Source of the DNA: Mustelus asterias
Lineage: Eukaryota
Direction: 5' to 3'
Length of the DNA: 64,000 bases
Assembly (NCBI RefSeq): GCF_964213995.1
Contig: NC_135807.1
Location: 69,254,001-69,318,000, forward strand
Of the stretch, positions 48,784-62,764 are shown piece by piece; position 1 is the first letter of the stretch; every line of letters starts with the position of its first letter. A program made the position numbers and the translations under genes. The notes under the pieces were generated by a model. It saw only the letters and a list, made by a program, of their open reading frames with translations, had not been told where the DNA came from and searched no databases.

Positions 48784-51283
48784 GATGAGCAGAAATTTCC
48801 TCCAGTTAAATATTGGAAAGACTAAAGCCGCTTGCCACAAACACTGTTCCCTAACTAGCAACTCCATTCCTCTCCCTGTCTGTGAATGACCCAGACATTT
48901 TGCAACCTTGGTGTTGTATTTGCGCCTGAGATGAGCTTCTAATCACATGTTCATACTGTCAATAAGACCACCCATTTCTATCTCTTTAACATTTCCCTAC
49001 TCAGCCCCTTCCTCAGCTCATCTGCTGCTGAAACCCTCATCCATGCCTTTATTACCCATAGACATTACTGTTCCTGTGCACTCATGGTGGTTGTCCATAT
49101 TCTACCCTCCCTGAAACCTCAGTTGCCCATGTCCTTACTTGTACCATGTCCTATTTATGCATAATCCCTGTGCTCAGAGACCCACATTGCCTCCCAATTA
49201 AGCCACATCTCAGTCTGTTAAGTTCTCAACATTTTCAAGCCTTTACATGGCCTCCTTAGCTTTGTAACATCTTTCAGCCCTACAACTTCCGAGATGTTTG
49301 CATTGCTCCAATTCTGGCCTCTTGAGCATGAGGATTTAATTGCTTCACCATTAGCAACCATGCCTTCAGCTGCCTAGGCTCTAAGCTCTGGAATTTGTTC
49401 CTGAACATTTGATACCTTTCTATCTCAATTTCTCCTGCAGGATACTATTTAAAGCCTACATCTTTCGCCAAGCTTTTGACCATTTGCACTAATATAGCCT
49501 TATAACACTCCTGTGAAGCACCTTGTGGAGTTTTATTTTGTAAAGGTGCTATACAAATGTAAATTGCTGTTGTTGAATAGAAGTTGGCTAAGTGCTGTGG
49601 CAGAGCAGAAGCATTTTGGAGTATACGTTCGATCTTTAATGACTATCAATAAACATATTAGAATTGTAGGGTCTATTGCAAGAAGTATAGATAGAATATA
49701 AAAGCCAACAGTTATTGATGAGCCTATATAAAACCTTAATAGCACCTTAGTTAAAATGAGAACTGTGTGCAATATTTACACACTTGAGGCTTTAGAGTGG
49801 ACATAAGATTCATTAAAATGCTGTCTGCTTTGAAGAAATACAAACACAAATAATGTTTGGAAAGTTCAATATTTTTTGTTGAGGCAACATGGTTTAGGGG
49901 ATAGTATCCTAGAATTTTTTAAAAAAATTGACAGTATGGGATGAAGGAGATAACTTATATTTCTATCAAAACACGGTGTATTGTATGAGTCTTTGGAACT
50001 AAGAGCAGGAGAAATTTTTTTCCATGGAGATTTGAGATTGTGGAATTTACACATGAAGTTAGTGGTCAAGGCAGATTCTATGGTAAGTATTTACAAGCAT
50101 GAGGGGTAATCGTTGATTTGAACAGATTGGGGCAAATGGCTGTTTCTTTGTTATAATTTCAATATTATGAAATCCATTTTAGGATGATGATCCAATCCAA
50201 CCATAGCAAAGGAGTTTTACAACTGCTCAAACTGAACAAAAGAAAAGATAAGGAACCCATCCTTTCCAAATACTCCATTATTTGTGAATGGCCTTTGGAT
50301 GTTTCTAGAATTAGAAGGCACTATATAAATGCAAGTTGTTATCCGTTGTGACATTAGGAATCAGGATACCACCTACAGAGTTACTTAATAATCTCTGTCA
50401 CTTGCATTGTTGGGTTTAGTTATGTAACTACAACTCAGCGTATTTGCTACATGCAGCTGCGTACATAACTTGTACTTTAATGTGAAGCCGTACTGTTGCA
50501 ATTAAAGTAAGATGCTCTGAAGGTAGGATCTTATGAAGCATCATTTTCATAATTGTCCCAAGAGATTTATTATCCAGTTCTCATGGATATACATATTAGT
50601 TGAAATCCTTGCAATTGCAAGTTTTTGATTTATTAGGATGTAACTGCACTGGATTAGTTTAAACACTTGAGTTAAACACTCTGCGTTGGTTTTCACGTAA
50701 TGGGAATGCATTCATTCCTGAACTGGAAACATCACTGCTTAAGGTGCTCGTTCTGTAGGATCTTATAATGGACATTGCATCTTTTCAATTCTGCCATCAT
50801 TATCCCGAATATGCTAAACCATGTCTTCTTAATTAATTAAAGCTTTTGTGACATCTATGGATTTGCCTAATACACCATGCATATTGTTGCAGGTCATTTT
50901 GGTTGATGCTTCACGTATTTGATTGCTTTCACTTCTATTAATTTCAGTGCTGTTGTGAGTATCTTTTGCACGTTACTGGCATTTGGCACTTAGTGAATTC
51001 AGCTTCAAATTGTGTTCTTTTGGTGTTTGAGGATCTACCCCCAATAGATTAAATACACATTAGGCTGCATTTTTTGTTTTCAGTAGTGAACAAGTGGTAC
51101 CAACTATTCATTGTACTCTCTGCAAACTTTCTGTGGGATTTTGCACTGGAGCTTACTGTGAAAGGAAAGCCATTTGGTACAGTGCTCGCTACACCATGAA
51201 TGAGACAAGCAATTGCGACTTTCTTACCAATTAGATTGAAGTATCATTCATAAGAAGCATAGAATATGAAACTGAGAATTATA

Positions 51284-51557
51284 AAGTTTATTTATTAGTC
51301 ACAAGTAGCTTACTTTCACACTGCAATGAAGTTACTGTGAAAATCCTCTAGTCACCACACTCCGGCACCTGTTCAGGTACACTGAAGGAGAATTTAGCAT
51401 GGCCAATGCACCTAACCTTTGGACTGTGGGAAGAAACCAGAGCAGCTGGAGGAGAACATGCAAACTCCACATAGACAGTGACCCAAACCAGGAATCAAAC
51501 CCGGGTCCCTGGAGCTGAGAGGCAGTAGTCCTAACCACTGTGCCACCGTGCTGCCCT
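51284..51557 (-). mobile_element. HE1-like SINE (AATAAA-tail variant)
   Basis: Reverse-complement head GGGCAGCACGGTGGCACAGTGGTTAG with B box. Confidence 0.85.
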
Positions 51558-51820
51558 GATGTGGCAGCTTTCAGCCAGTGGCACAAATATATGGATGCCT
51601 TGTGCAACAGTTTGATTGAACAGCTTTCTACTGGCACTCTTAGCAATCTAAAGCTGGTTGGATTGCTTATTTTTTTAACATTAAAAATTTAGTAGCAGCC
51701 TTCCTAAATACTCTATTGAGGTGAATTTTCTTGTGGGTTTTCATACCTGTCTGCTACAGTTGAAAGATGTGCAGTGAGTATGCATTTCTCTTGTTTTATT
51801 TCAATGTTTCCTTTTCACAG

Positions 51821-52061
51821 ACAAGAGGGAGAGCCTCCAGTTGAAAATGGCTGGATTCCGTATATCGGTTGTGCTTTAGAGTTTGGTGCAGATCCTCTGA
51901 AGTTTCTGCAAACTCGCCAGAAGAAATACGGTGATGCTTTTACATGTAAAATAGCTGGGAACTTCATCACTTTCATCACTGACCCCTTCTCATACAGCTC
52001 TGTAATTCGACACGGAAAAAATCTTGATTTCCAGACCATTGCAATAAAGATTTCAAGAAGG
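51821..52061 (+). CDS. CYP7A1-like exon 2 (241 nt)
   Basis: cttttcacAG|A CAA GAG GGA GAG CCT CCA; QEGEPPVENGWIPYIGCALEFGADPLKFLQ...KISRR|GTAAGA. Same length as exon 2 of human CYP7A1. Confidence 0.95.
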
Positions 52062-53599
52062 GTAAGAGATCCTGCTTGTTTTCTGAAGTACTGCCTAAGT
52101 ATGTTAGGGAGAAAAAGAAACTGTGCAGCTCTTCTGCTCTTTGCTCCCCTCGAGAGATCAGATGTGGGTTTCAGAGTTTTAAACCAGCCTTTATTATGAG
52201 CTATAGCAAGCGATCTAGTGGCTCCAACACTGACCTCTGCAGCGGGAAACACTCCACGTTCACACCGCCACCACAGGTCTAAGTCCCTAGATGGGAGAAT
52301 TCTGCCCTCTCTCATTATGGCAAACATCAGCCCTGTGACAATTACATTAGCCACTAACTAAGCCTGATACTAGTTCTTACAGCAACCCCTCAAACTGTGA
52401 CAAATACCAATTAACTGACAATGGCTTATGTAATCACTAACTTCCAAGCAAGTGCCTACTCCTAGCTCACTCTCCTAACAACTGCCCCTCCCCCCCCGCC
52501 CCAACACCCCTCACTCCCTGAAGTAAGTGTCCTGTGCATGTCCTCACTGCGCATGCCAATAGTATATCCCTTTAGCAAGTAGCTTTTGCAACATTTAGCT
52601 CCAGTAGATACACCTAAAATCAACACAACCAAAATACTTCCTACCCAATATTTGCAACTCGTGACCAATGGAAAGAGTTCCCCTGACTTCTCCTCAACAA
52701 CCTAAGCAGATGCCCTGGTACATCTAGCCCTGGGGCCATTCAGCCTTAGCTTCTGTTTACATCTAATGGTAGGCTCACTGAGCCCAAATGTGCAAATTGT
52801 CCCAGCTACAACCTCCGTTCACTCCTGTTTTCTTTCCCCCCTTAAAGTTACATAACATCTGACACTTAAAAAGATGGCAACTTTAAGACTCAATAACCAC
52901 ATAAAAATGATGCATACAAAATGAGGCTTTTCATCACAAAACTTAAGTACAGTTTGATAGTTTAAGATTAATTAATTGTACCAATGAGATGACGTCTACC
53001 TGATGAGTAGCTGAAACTTAGTTTAAGAGAAAAGTAACTGTGTTTTAGGAACAAAAGAAAAGGGAAGGTGTGACGATGTTCACAAGCGAGAGATGGGTGC
53101 AGGTGCAATTGTGCCCTCTGTTGTAAACTGCCAAATTTTGGCGAGCTTAGGCTCCTCTCCCTGCTGGTGGGAAACAGATCTACCATTATTTTTTCACAGA
53201 ATGATTCAATAAGATTCAATTTTTAAGTCACCTGAAGAAACAGTGTGATTCTCTCCCGTTAACACGCTCGTTCGATACTTAGAATTGTTTTGGCAAGATC
53301 GCCCCTATGTTTCATCTTAAACAATATTCAATCCAGCCAAAATTACAACTCATAAAACTTGTGAATATTAATCATCAGATACTTTAAAGGTGAGGTTATC
53401 AGTCTTTCGATTCCAAAATGTGAACATTCTAAACGCAGGTGACCAAAGGGTGAAATTGAGGTGATGTGATTGTTTTTACTGGTCACCATAGAAACCAAGC
53501 AATGGCATTTGTGTGCCTTTTCCATAAGACAAAACAAGTTAGCAGATGCAGCAAAATTGACTGTATCTGCATTTCTTTGCTATATCTATTTTATATCCC

Positions 53600-54115
53600 C
53601 TAATCTAAGAAGAAATGGATAAGTTTGATTCTTTTGCTTATTCAGTCATTGATTAAACATCTGAACCCCAAAACAAAAAGGAAGAAATGTCAAGAGACAT
53701 TAAAATGAGAGCTATCTGGCCTTTGGATTTTCATGGATGGGAGACGGCGCTTTGCCCCTTACCTGAATGTGTCACCTGCAGAGAGAAGTTGGCAAACACT
53801 GTGGTGGTAGAAAGCAAGTTAAAATGCCATTTGCAGGCAAAACATCTATCTCTTGCAAACAAAGGTATTCAGTGCTTTAAAGAACAAAACATGAAGCAGA
53901 CCCAACGTCTGATGATGTGTGCGAGTGTGAGTTCAAGAGGCTATTTATCTGGTGGCTGAGCTTGTAGCAGAATTGCAAACATCTCTAGTGAGACCGTAAC
54001 CATAATAAATGTGACATTCATGAGTAATCGATTCAGCTGAAAAGAAAATGGGTGTGGCGTGGAATTGTTTGGCTCATTGAAGTGTGCCGTGTTACCGAAA
54101 AGGTTGGGAACCACC
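53600..54115 (+). mobile_element. hAT (Buster/Charlie-like) transposase remnant
   Basis: PECVTCREKLAN....SKLKCHLQAKH is a BED-type motif; the end AAAAGGTTGGGAACCAC is Charlie-like. Confidence 0.65.
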
Positions 54116-54794
54116 CTCAAAATGAGTGTGGATTACTACTCATTCTCATTCCTTCCACTCCACCATCAGAGGAAAACCTTACTGTTGTAGTAAACATCTT
54201 TCTGAAATTCTCTTTGGGAAAAGATCTGTACGTTAGGGGGATTAGCAGGGGGTTACAGGGATAGGGCAGGGGAGTCGGGGGTGGGCCTGGGTAAGGTGCT
54301 CTGTTGGAGAGGGAGAGTCAGTGCAGACTTGATGGGCCAAATATCCTCCTTCTGCACTGTAGGGGTTCTATGAAAACACTTCCACCAGTTAACCTCCTAG
54401 TTTCAGAAACCTCCTAGTCATTTCTTCAAATGTGCTGTTTGTCTCGCACAGCCTATAAATGCCTCCATTCTCATGCCTTCACTTCTTTGCCTTGTAAACT
54501 GCTTTCAGCCGTTCTTTTTAAATAAATGTAAGTTGTTTCTTAGTGTAGAATTAGTTTATTCAACTCACAGGAAACTCCTGTGATTTCCACGCAACTATTA
54601 GTGTTTTAAATCAGTGAACCAAACAGTGTTAGTTCAAAAGGAATCTTTTGACTTCTTCATTGTAAATTAACATTTGATAAACTTTTAATTGGAAACAGAA
54701 GAAAAGCAGTTTAGCATGTGTGACATGAGTTAACATTGTGAGCTAAGCATTTAGAGGCTCAGAATAGTTGATTTTAGCTATTCTTCCCTGATTT

Positions 54795-55150
54795 TGTTTT
54801 GATTTTATTATTGTCACATGTATTAGTAAACCGAAAAGTATTGTTACTTGCGTGCTATACAAACAAAGCATACCGTACATAGGGAAGGAAAGGAGGGAGT
54901 GCAGAATATAGTGTTACAGTCATAGCTAAGGTATAGAGAAAAATCAACTTAATGCAAGGTAAATCCATTCAAAAGTCTGATGGCAGCAGGAAAGAAGCTG
55001 TTCTTGAGTCGGTTGGTACGTGACCTCAGACTTTTGTATCCTTTTCTCGACGGAAGAAGCAGAAGAGAGTATGTCTGGGGTGCATGGGGTCCTTGATTAT
55101 GCTGGCTGTTTTTCCGAGGTAGCGGGAAGTGTAGACAGTATCAATGGATA
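54795..55150 (-). mobile_element. Rex1/Babar LINE 3' fragment
   Basis: Homologous to 31813-32145 and to the reverse complement of 18600-18957. Confidence 0.8.
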
Positions 55151-55346
55151 CGTGCAGCACAAAACAGTAATGTGTTAAAGACAGCTCCCATTTGTTTGCA
55201 TTGCTCGCAAAAGTGGTATTTTTGCTTATACTGAGACAAATGCAATTCTTTCTGAGCTACGATGAGCAAGAATGCTAATGGTAAATATTGATTTCACTTA
55301 AATTCCCTGTATAACATAAAACAATATTCCATTTTGTCTTCCACAG

Positions 55347-55957
55347 GTATTTGGTCATGTAGATTTTACTGATGCTAAATATGGGGTAAGTTATGAAGAG
55401 ATACATCAAATTTTCAACAGGACCCTACAGGGATTCTCCTTGGGCCCTCTGACTTCAAGTATGATGATAAATCTTCAGTTTGTAATGTTACAAAACAAGA
55501 AATCATCAGACTCCAGCAAATGGACCACCGAAAGCCTTTGTGCATTTTCAAACAGGATAATGTTTGAAGCTGGGTACTTAACACTCTTTGGAAAAAATGA
55601 AAAAGCAATGAAAGAAAACAATACTGAAAAGGTAAAGGCACAGTGTGCTGCCATTCAGTCTGTCATGAAGAATTTTACAGTGTTTGACAATTTATTTCCT
55701 GTTTTAGCTGGTGGCATTCCGTTATTGTTTGTCAAAGCTGCCAAGCAATCAAGAATGGCCCTAGCACAAGCATTATTGCACAATAACCTACGGCAGAATG
55801 ACAGTAAATCTGACCTCATAGAGGAAAGAATGAACCTTTTTGATCGTTCACCTGCACTTGATGAACTCAGCAAGGGGAAGACTCATGTCACAATGCTGTG
55901 GGCTTCACAGGCTAATACGCTTCCAGCTACCTTTTGGAGTGTTTATTATTTAATAAG
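55347..55957 (+). CDS. CYP7A1-like exon 3 (611 nt, includes I helix)
   Basis: ttccacAG|GTA TTT GGT CAT; VFGH...TLQG...MFEAGYLTLFG...MLWASQANTLPATFWS..LI(R)|GTACTG. Confidence 0.95.
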
Positions 55958-57705
55958 GTACTGTTACTCTCAACTTTCATAATAGAAGTTTGATCCACTT
56001 GTAGCAATTTTAAACCTGAACACTCTGAACATAATCTGTCTGTTTTATTGCCATAATCATTTATGCCTCTTTGCTTCAACCAGCTTTCTAATGAATTCAT
56101 GCTGACATGGGAATTATGCTTTTTTTTAAACCTTCACCGCCTGTCTGTAATCTGCTGCAATGGATAGCCTGTCCATTGTAAATAGGGTGAAATCAGGCAG
56201 GTACTATAATGGGTGGGCAATCTGCTCTGCCAGAATACTATGAGTGGTGAAGACAAGGATTTTTTTCATGGTTTCTGCTGGAATCACAAACTCTGATAAT
56301 GTATTCCACAAGCTCACAACCATTTTCCCAGCCTACAAAAGGTAGGTTCCAGTGTGTGTGGAGTAGGAAAGTCCCAGAAAATGACATTGGATCAGGATCC
56401 TGACATCATTCTACCTAATTCTGGCTTTCCCCAGGGTGGTTGAAGGTGAGTGGGAATCCTGCCTTGGATCTGTTGGGTAAGAAATATGGAAATGTTTCAG
56501 CTAATTAAGAGGGCAATTAAGACCTGCTTCAAGCCTGAATCCTAGCCTTTCCAGCTTATCAGCAACATCCCAGGGTTTCCAAGGTGAATGTACAATGGAA
56601 GGGGCTTTTTCAGTGACAAGCTGGAAGCCTTTGATCAGTTACACTGAAGAGCTGCAACTATAGCTATTGACAGCCAGTTATTCAAAGCATTTCTCTGAGT
56701 GAATCTCCCTAACCAATGGAATTAAGAATTCAGAAATAGACAGAGGATGGTCTGAGAAGGATGGTAAGTTAAGAGTGGGCGAATTTGGGGACAAATCAGG
56801 TATTTAAAGGGAATGAATGATTGGATTAAGTGAGATAAAAAGTGATAGACAGGAAAAGTAAGAAAAATAATTTTAATTTTAATAAAATATCCCAAAACAA
56901 CTCACTACAGAAGAATGCACTTATTCGTTGAATGGTGCTGGCTGGGCCGGCATTTCTTGTCCATCCGTGGGGGCATTGCTGTGGATCTGGAGTCATGTGT
57001 AGGTCAAACCAGGTAAGGATGGCAGATTTCCTTCCCTAAAGGACATTAGTTAACCCCAGATGGGTTTTACAACAATCAACAATGGTTTCATGGTCATCAG
57101 TAGATTCTGAATTCCAGATTTTTATTGAATTCTAATTTCATCATCTGCCATGGTGAGATTCGAACCTGGGTCCCCAGAGCATTACCCTGGGTCTCTGGAT
57201 TACCAGTCCAGAGCCAATACCACTACACCACCGCCTCCCCAATTGTTCATTAATTGCTCAATTTCTGGGCCAGAGAGATAGATTGCAAACATTAACGATC
57301 ATCATGTTGTTAAACAAGGGGCTGCTGGGGATGATGCTTAAGGTGTTAATTTCTAAACCTGTTGAACTTAATTTTCAATTGATCTGAAAATGTAGCAACT
57401 TCATGAAAATGACAGGGAGATTAAAGGTGAGATTCCATTTCTGTAAAGCCGGTGATGGAGCAGTGCAATTTGTGCAACAACTTGTGGCGATTTGCAATTC
57501 TTTCTCGCCACAAGGTTAATTTGCACACTAATAATGAGATGTGTCACTAGCATGTCATTATTGTTTTGCAGCAAATTCTGGGACCACTAAGGTTTGGTGA
57601 CAGGGAATGCATCAGATTTTTAATAACTGGATAGAGAACTATCATACTTGCTGTCTGTGACATATTATTCACACCATCATTTATCTGGTTCTACATAATC
57701 TGCAG

Positions 57706-57836
57706 GTCTCCTGAAGCATTGAAAGCAGTGAAAAATGAAATTGAAGATTTGCTTTGTATGACAAATCAGAAGCCGGGGGACATTAATAATCCGATTATCT
57801 TCACCAGAGAGCAATTAGATAGCATGGCAGCGATGG
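57706..57836 (+). CDS. CYP7A1-like exon 4 (131 nt)
   Basis: tgcAG|G TCT CCT GAA GCA; SPEALKAVKNEI...FTREQLDSMAAM(G)|GTAAG; phases 2 and 1 fit the neighbouring exons. Confidence 0.93.
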
Positions 57837-58059
57837 GTAAGAACATGATCACATCTGTTATTCTAATATATATCTTTGCAATAGTAATGCACATGATGTG
57901 AAATAATATTCACAACTAGGTATTAGAGCAAACAGAACCTTGTATAACCAGACAAGGATTTGACGACTGATTTTACTTATTTCCTTCTTATTAACATAAC
58001 AAGCACTCAATATTATTGCTAAAACGGTAAAAAAATTAGCTTAATCAAACTTTTCACTA

Positions 58060-60325
58060 CATAGGAATGAGGCAGGTCATTCAAGCCCTTTAGCCTGTTC
58101 CACCATTCAACGAGATTATGGTTAATGGGTACATTATCTCAGTCTATCTGCCATGGTTCATAGGAACATAGGGATTAGGAGTGGGAGTAGGCAATTCAGC
58201 CCTTTGAACCCGCTCTGTCATTTAACATGATCATGGCTGATCTTATCTGGTCTCAACTCCACTTTCCTGCCTGCTCCCCATTGCCCTTTATTCTGCTTTT
58301 CATCAGAAACATGGGGGCGATTCTCCCAGCCAGCTGCGCTATTGTTGTAGCACACGGGCTGGGAGACTCAAGTGGAGGCTGTTTCGCAGGCTCCCCGTTG
58401 GACACCAAGGTCTCCGCGAGTCTCAGGCAGCCAGATTTCCGGCACCATCAGCTTCGCACCAATTTCTGGCGTGGGGCTGCATCAACTATTTAAATTCTAT
58501 TTTTTAATATATTTTAAATATCATTAGTGGGCCCAGGACTGAAATCACCGGGCCCGCAAGCACCTCCCCACCTGCCAGAACTGGCTCACTCCATCTGGGT
58601 TTAGTACAGCTCCCCACTTGCGGGGAGCTAGCTGCCCGAACCCGCTGGAGTGAAGGGAGGCCATTGAGGCTTCCCAGAGAGTCGGATGCTGGAGAGGGGT
58701 GCCCCCTGGGCATTGCCATCTTGGCAGTACCAGCCTGGGCCCCTGGAACTGCCCAAAGAGCAAAGTGGCAATGCCCGGGAGGCATCTTGGCACTGTCACC
58801 GGACATTGGGTGGTGCCAAGGGGGTGGGGCCTAATGGGGCAGGGCCTGATGTGGGGTGGGGCTTCTCGGGGATGAGTGACAGAGGGAAGGAGGCCAACAA
58901 TTGGGGCTGGGCATTGGGATGGGGGGGATCAGCCTGCTTGAGTGGGTGGGGGAGGGGGGGTCGGAGTTACAGGGTGGTGTCGGGGCTGTGTGTGGAAGGA
59001 TCAGGAGATCAGAGCGGGCGGGGGGGGTGGAGAGGGGGGACATTAAGTTGGGGTGAGGGTCGAGGCTGGCCCAGACATTTTGGGGGGGCCAGTGATTGGG
59101 TCGTGGGGGAGTTGAAGGGCCATCAATGAGGGATCGCAGGGCTGGCCAGAGTTTGAGCTGGCCAGCGATCGGAAAGCCAGCAGTGTGGGGCCACTGCGCA
59201 TGCACCAATCTCGGTACTGACAGATCAGCGCATGTGCAGCTGCCGGCCTCTCCAGCGGGAATAGGCCCCACTCCCTGAATTTCAGCCTGATTCATGCTTA
59301 AGCACTTTGCAGTGCACAGAGTGTGGGAGATTCATTTTGAAAATCCCGTTGAAAAAACCAGCGGGATTTACTCCAGTTTTTACCCGTTTTCCCATCCAGC
59401 CTGCCAAGGGAATCATAGAGGGCGCACTGTGCAAAGGTCCGTTGACCTCGGGCGAGGTTTTGTGACAAGCGCAGCCGGAAAATCCAGCCCTATATCTATG
59501 ACCTCTTGTTCTAGATTGTGACACAAGGGTTCAATATCCAACTTATCAATCCCCTTTAGCATTTCATATACCTCAATCAGATTCCACCCCCCCCCCACCC
59601 CCCATCATTAGCAATAGGTTCAGCATTGAAATTTTCAATTGACCAAGCCTCGAGCTTTTCCAGGAAGAGAGTTTCAGATTTCCACTTCCCTTTGTGTGAC
59701 AAAATGCTTTCTGAATCACCACAGAAGTGCCTAGCTTTCCTTTAAGGTTATGCCCCTCTTGTTTTGAAATCTCCCACAGGGAAAATTACCTGTCGACCCT
59801 ATAAACTCTCTTGATCATCTTAAAACCTCATTTAGATCACTCCTTAATCCTCTACATTCAAAGGAAGACATGCCTAATCAATGCAACTAGTTCTCATAAT
59901 TTAATCTTTGCATCAATTCGATCAATCTGCTTTTCTCCAACTACGAGATGTCATTCCCAGAACTGAGCACTATGCTCTAGTTGGGGTCTAACCAGAGACC
60001 TATACAACTGGAGCATAACTTCCAGCCATCTGTACTCTGACCCTCTTGAGGTAAAGGACAACTTTCCATGAGCCTTTTTAATTATTTTCGTATCGTCAAC
60101 TAGCTATTAGTGATTGCTGTATTTGGACACAAATCTTTCTAGCTTTTCACCATTTTAAAAATACTGAGACCAACCTTTCTTGCGTCCAAGTGGATGATCT
60201 TACACTTTCCTCACATTGAACTCCATTTGCTACAGTTTTATCCTTCTAATCTATCAACGTCCCTTTGAAACTTTCTACATCTACACTATTTACTGTGCCA
60301 TCTAGCTTAGTGTCAGCAGTGAACA
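58060..60325 (-). mobile_element. Decayed CR1 3' region split by a MITE-like element
   Basis: CR1 tails at 58060-58310; RT C-terminal remnants (LIEVYEMLKGID, CACATTGAACTCCATTTGC) at 59490-60325. Confidence 0.6.
58311..59490. mobile_element. GC-rich MITE-like element, same family as 43593-44887 in opposite orientation
   Basis: Starts ATGGGGGCGATTCTCCCA; internal blocks are reverse complements of 44560-44887 and 43620-43800; the right end resembles the small TIR element at 36098-36210. Confidence 0.7.
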
Positions 60326-61336
60326 AGAAATTTAATACAGCAAATCAATCTTGTGCTTCCAGTGACATTCACAAGATGCCTTAATTAGTTATAGCAACAA
60401 TGTTATTAGAAGCATTGGACGGAACCTTGTCGCAGCGATGGGTGTTTCAGCAGCAGGATTGGAAGTGAACGGGACATCCGCTTGGAGGTGGATTGGCTGG
60501 CCATCTGCAGTCATGTGGCAAACAACCACAGTCGAGGGACCCAACCAATTGTTCAGTGCGGGTGGGCAGGACCCGCCATTACATAATGGAGTCAAAGGCC
60601 AGTGTGCCATTTTTAAATGGCACCCAGACAGGCATCCACTCCGTGCAGCCATTCTGCCTGTTTGTGGAGAGAATTTTGAACTAGAACTGCTGCCACAATT
60701 GGATCCCTGAAGCTGCTTCCACCTTCTCTCCCTCAAACAGTCATGTCTGGACCTCCATAGACATCCTCAATGCAACAGGTCAGCCTCCTCTCCCCTGGTC
60801 CAGCAAAGATCCCCATACAAAAAAAGCAGCTCCTACTCACTCTAAATTCCCAAGGAAGACAACCTCGCCTGCTACACACCTTTGACCAGTCACTAATTGG
60901 GAGGTACCTGTTCCTCATTTCCTGCCAACTTAATTGCACGGGTATAATTTGATTGAGTGACCATGTGTTTTAATGTGTATGCATGATCTGATAATGCATT
61001 AAAAATAGGGTCCTACCACTTGCCATCAGGAACCATGATGCACCTTTAATCTGCTGCCAATTTGCTTCCCAACTTTCATCCCACCATCAAGAAGCTGACA
61101 CTTTACCTCCCACACAATTAAGTGTCCCTGCCTATCCTGTTTTTTGCCTTAGAGAACTTCACTAGATTCTGCCCATTACAGATCTAGATTGTATTATCCT
61201 TTATCATTGTAGCCAATTTTAGAAATAAACTTGCATTTTAATCAGTCTTTTTTGTAATATTTCTTGACTTTCTGGCTTTCTTTTGTGTCATGATTTTTGA
61301 ATCTCTGCTAAACAATCTTCTGAAATAATTGAACAG

Positions 61337-61515
61337 GAAGCCTAATAAATGAAAGTCTGCGCTTATCCAGTGCATCAATCATGCTGCGTGTTGCCACTGA
61401 GAACTTTGTACTAACTATGGATAAGGGTACAAAGCTGGCCATTCGGAAAGGAGACCAAATTGGTTTATATCCTCAACAACTGCATCTAGATCCAGAGATT
61501 TATGAGGATCCCTTG
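61337..61515 (+). CDS. CYP7A1-like exon 5 (179 nt, K-helix ExxR)
   Basis: gaacAG|GA AGC CTA; SLINESLRLSSASIMLRVA...IRKGDQIGLYPQQLHLDPEIYEDPL|GTAAGT. Exons 1-5 join in frame to 415 codons. Confidence 0.95.
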
Positions 61516-62764
61516 GTAAGTAAATTATCAAAATTGTGCACATTAAATTCTAGTGTGAAAAATGTTGAATATTACATTTCCAAAACATACTCGAGTTAAG
61601 TATTATCATGGATTTTAGTCTTTTGAGAACAATTTTTGGGGCTTTATCAAAGCTCTCTGTCTTATGCCTCCACAATGAGACACAATTTAGGAAGAAGAGT
61701 GCTGGTCCTGATGACGAGACAGGAAACAGGCACCATGTCCTTTTTAATGTCAGAAGCTGCAAAGTCTACAATCACAATTCAAATTATTAAAGTGTGTGTT
61801 GGGCACATGTCGCACGTTCAATCGCAAGGTGGGAAATTGCACTCAGCAGCCTGTTTCTTCCAAGAGCTGCTGTCAGCGTCACAACAAGACTGTAAAGGAA
61901 AAATTAAGGTAGTTAAAGGGAAAGAAATACTGAGGGCACAATGGTGCCGGGGTGCTGAGACACTCTTATAGAATGCACATGTATTTGGATATCACAATAT
62001 ATTTTATTCAAGTAGTTGGTTGATAGTACAGAACTTCAGTATTCCTGAAAAATGCTTTTTGTCTTGTACTCATCAGGACATTTCTCAAGAAAATACCAAT
62101 GTCAACATATTTTATTCATTTGATTACTGTGTACACGATGTTTATGTGTCGGAATGTCTTCTTTCAGAGGGCATATTGTACCATCATGCTTCATGTTTGG
62201 CAGTCATTGCTGAATGAAGGGGACTGAGGGACATCTCGCCTGTTAGCAACAATGTGGCAGTATGTTAGAGGTTAGGCTTTATCAGATAGTAATGTGTGTG
62301 GTTTCTATTCCCAAGGCAATGCGACATGACTGCTCAATACAGTATCTGCTCACCGACCCATGAATGACTTTCCAAGAAAATTGGCAGAAGTCACCGGTGA
62401 GCATGAGAAGCGATGTTATGCTCATGCAATCATGGTCTGGACAATGAGGGCAAGAAAAGGAGAGAGAGCTCATGATAGCTTCATTGACTTCAATGTCACT
62501 GCAAATCTGATATCTTTATCAGGGGGCCATCTCTTCCCATCCTATCTGAGAACAGTGAACTCCCCCTGATCTTCTAGGAGGTGGAGGATGTGTGTAACGA
62601 GAGAGACCCTGGTGGAGGTTGGCAGAAGTGGGTGCACAATAGGAGCATGCAAAGGTTTGCAGGTGAGAAAATTATGATCAGGGAGGTGCATCAAAATGAT
62701 TGAAGATGAGTTTGTCCTTGAGAGCCTAGGCACGTCCTTGCATGACCATGACCTCTGGGAGAGT

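Larger units (their letters stand above)
45760..49575 (+). mobile_element. Old L2 LINE remnant hosting the LTR element and a SINE
   Basis: Removing the LTR element restores CTC AAC CTG TCT ACA GCA|TTT GAT (L-[DN]-LS-[AT]-AFD, the L2 RT motif). An L2-type tail (AAAGGTGCTATACAAATG) lies at ~49545. Confidence 0.7.

Noticed and set aside
51774-51820. Upstream in-frame start for the CYP exon 2 ORF (MSMHFSCF...)
   Set aside because: This is the intron's polypyrimidine tract; the signal anchor is encoded by exon 1 at 36899.
51815-52354. 179-aa minus-strand ORF
   Set aside because: Antisense shadow of CYP7 exon 2 with no recognisable protein features.
60380-61200. Possible decayed Harbinger transposase on the minus strand (W.LTPL-like remnant)
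   Set aside because: Too degenerate to support by eye; it needs a translated profile search.
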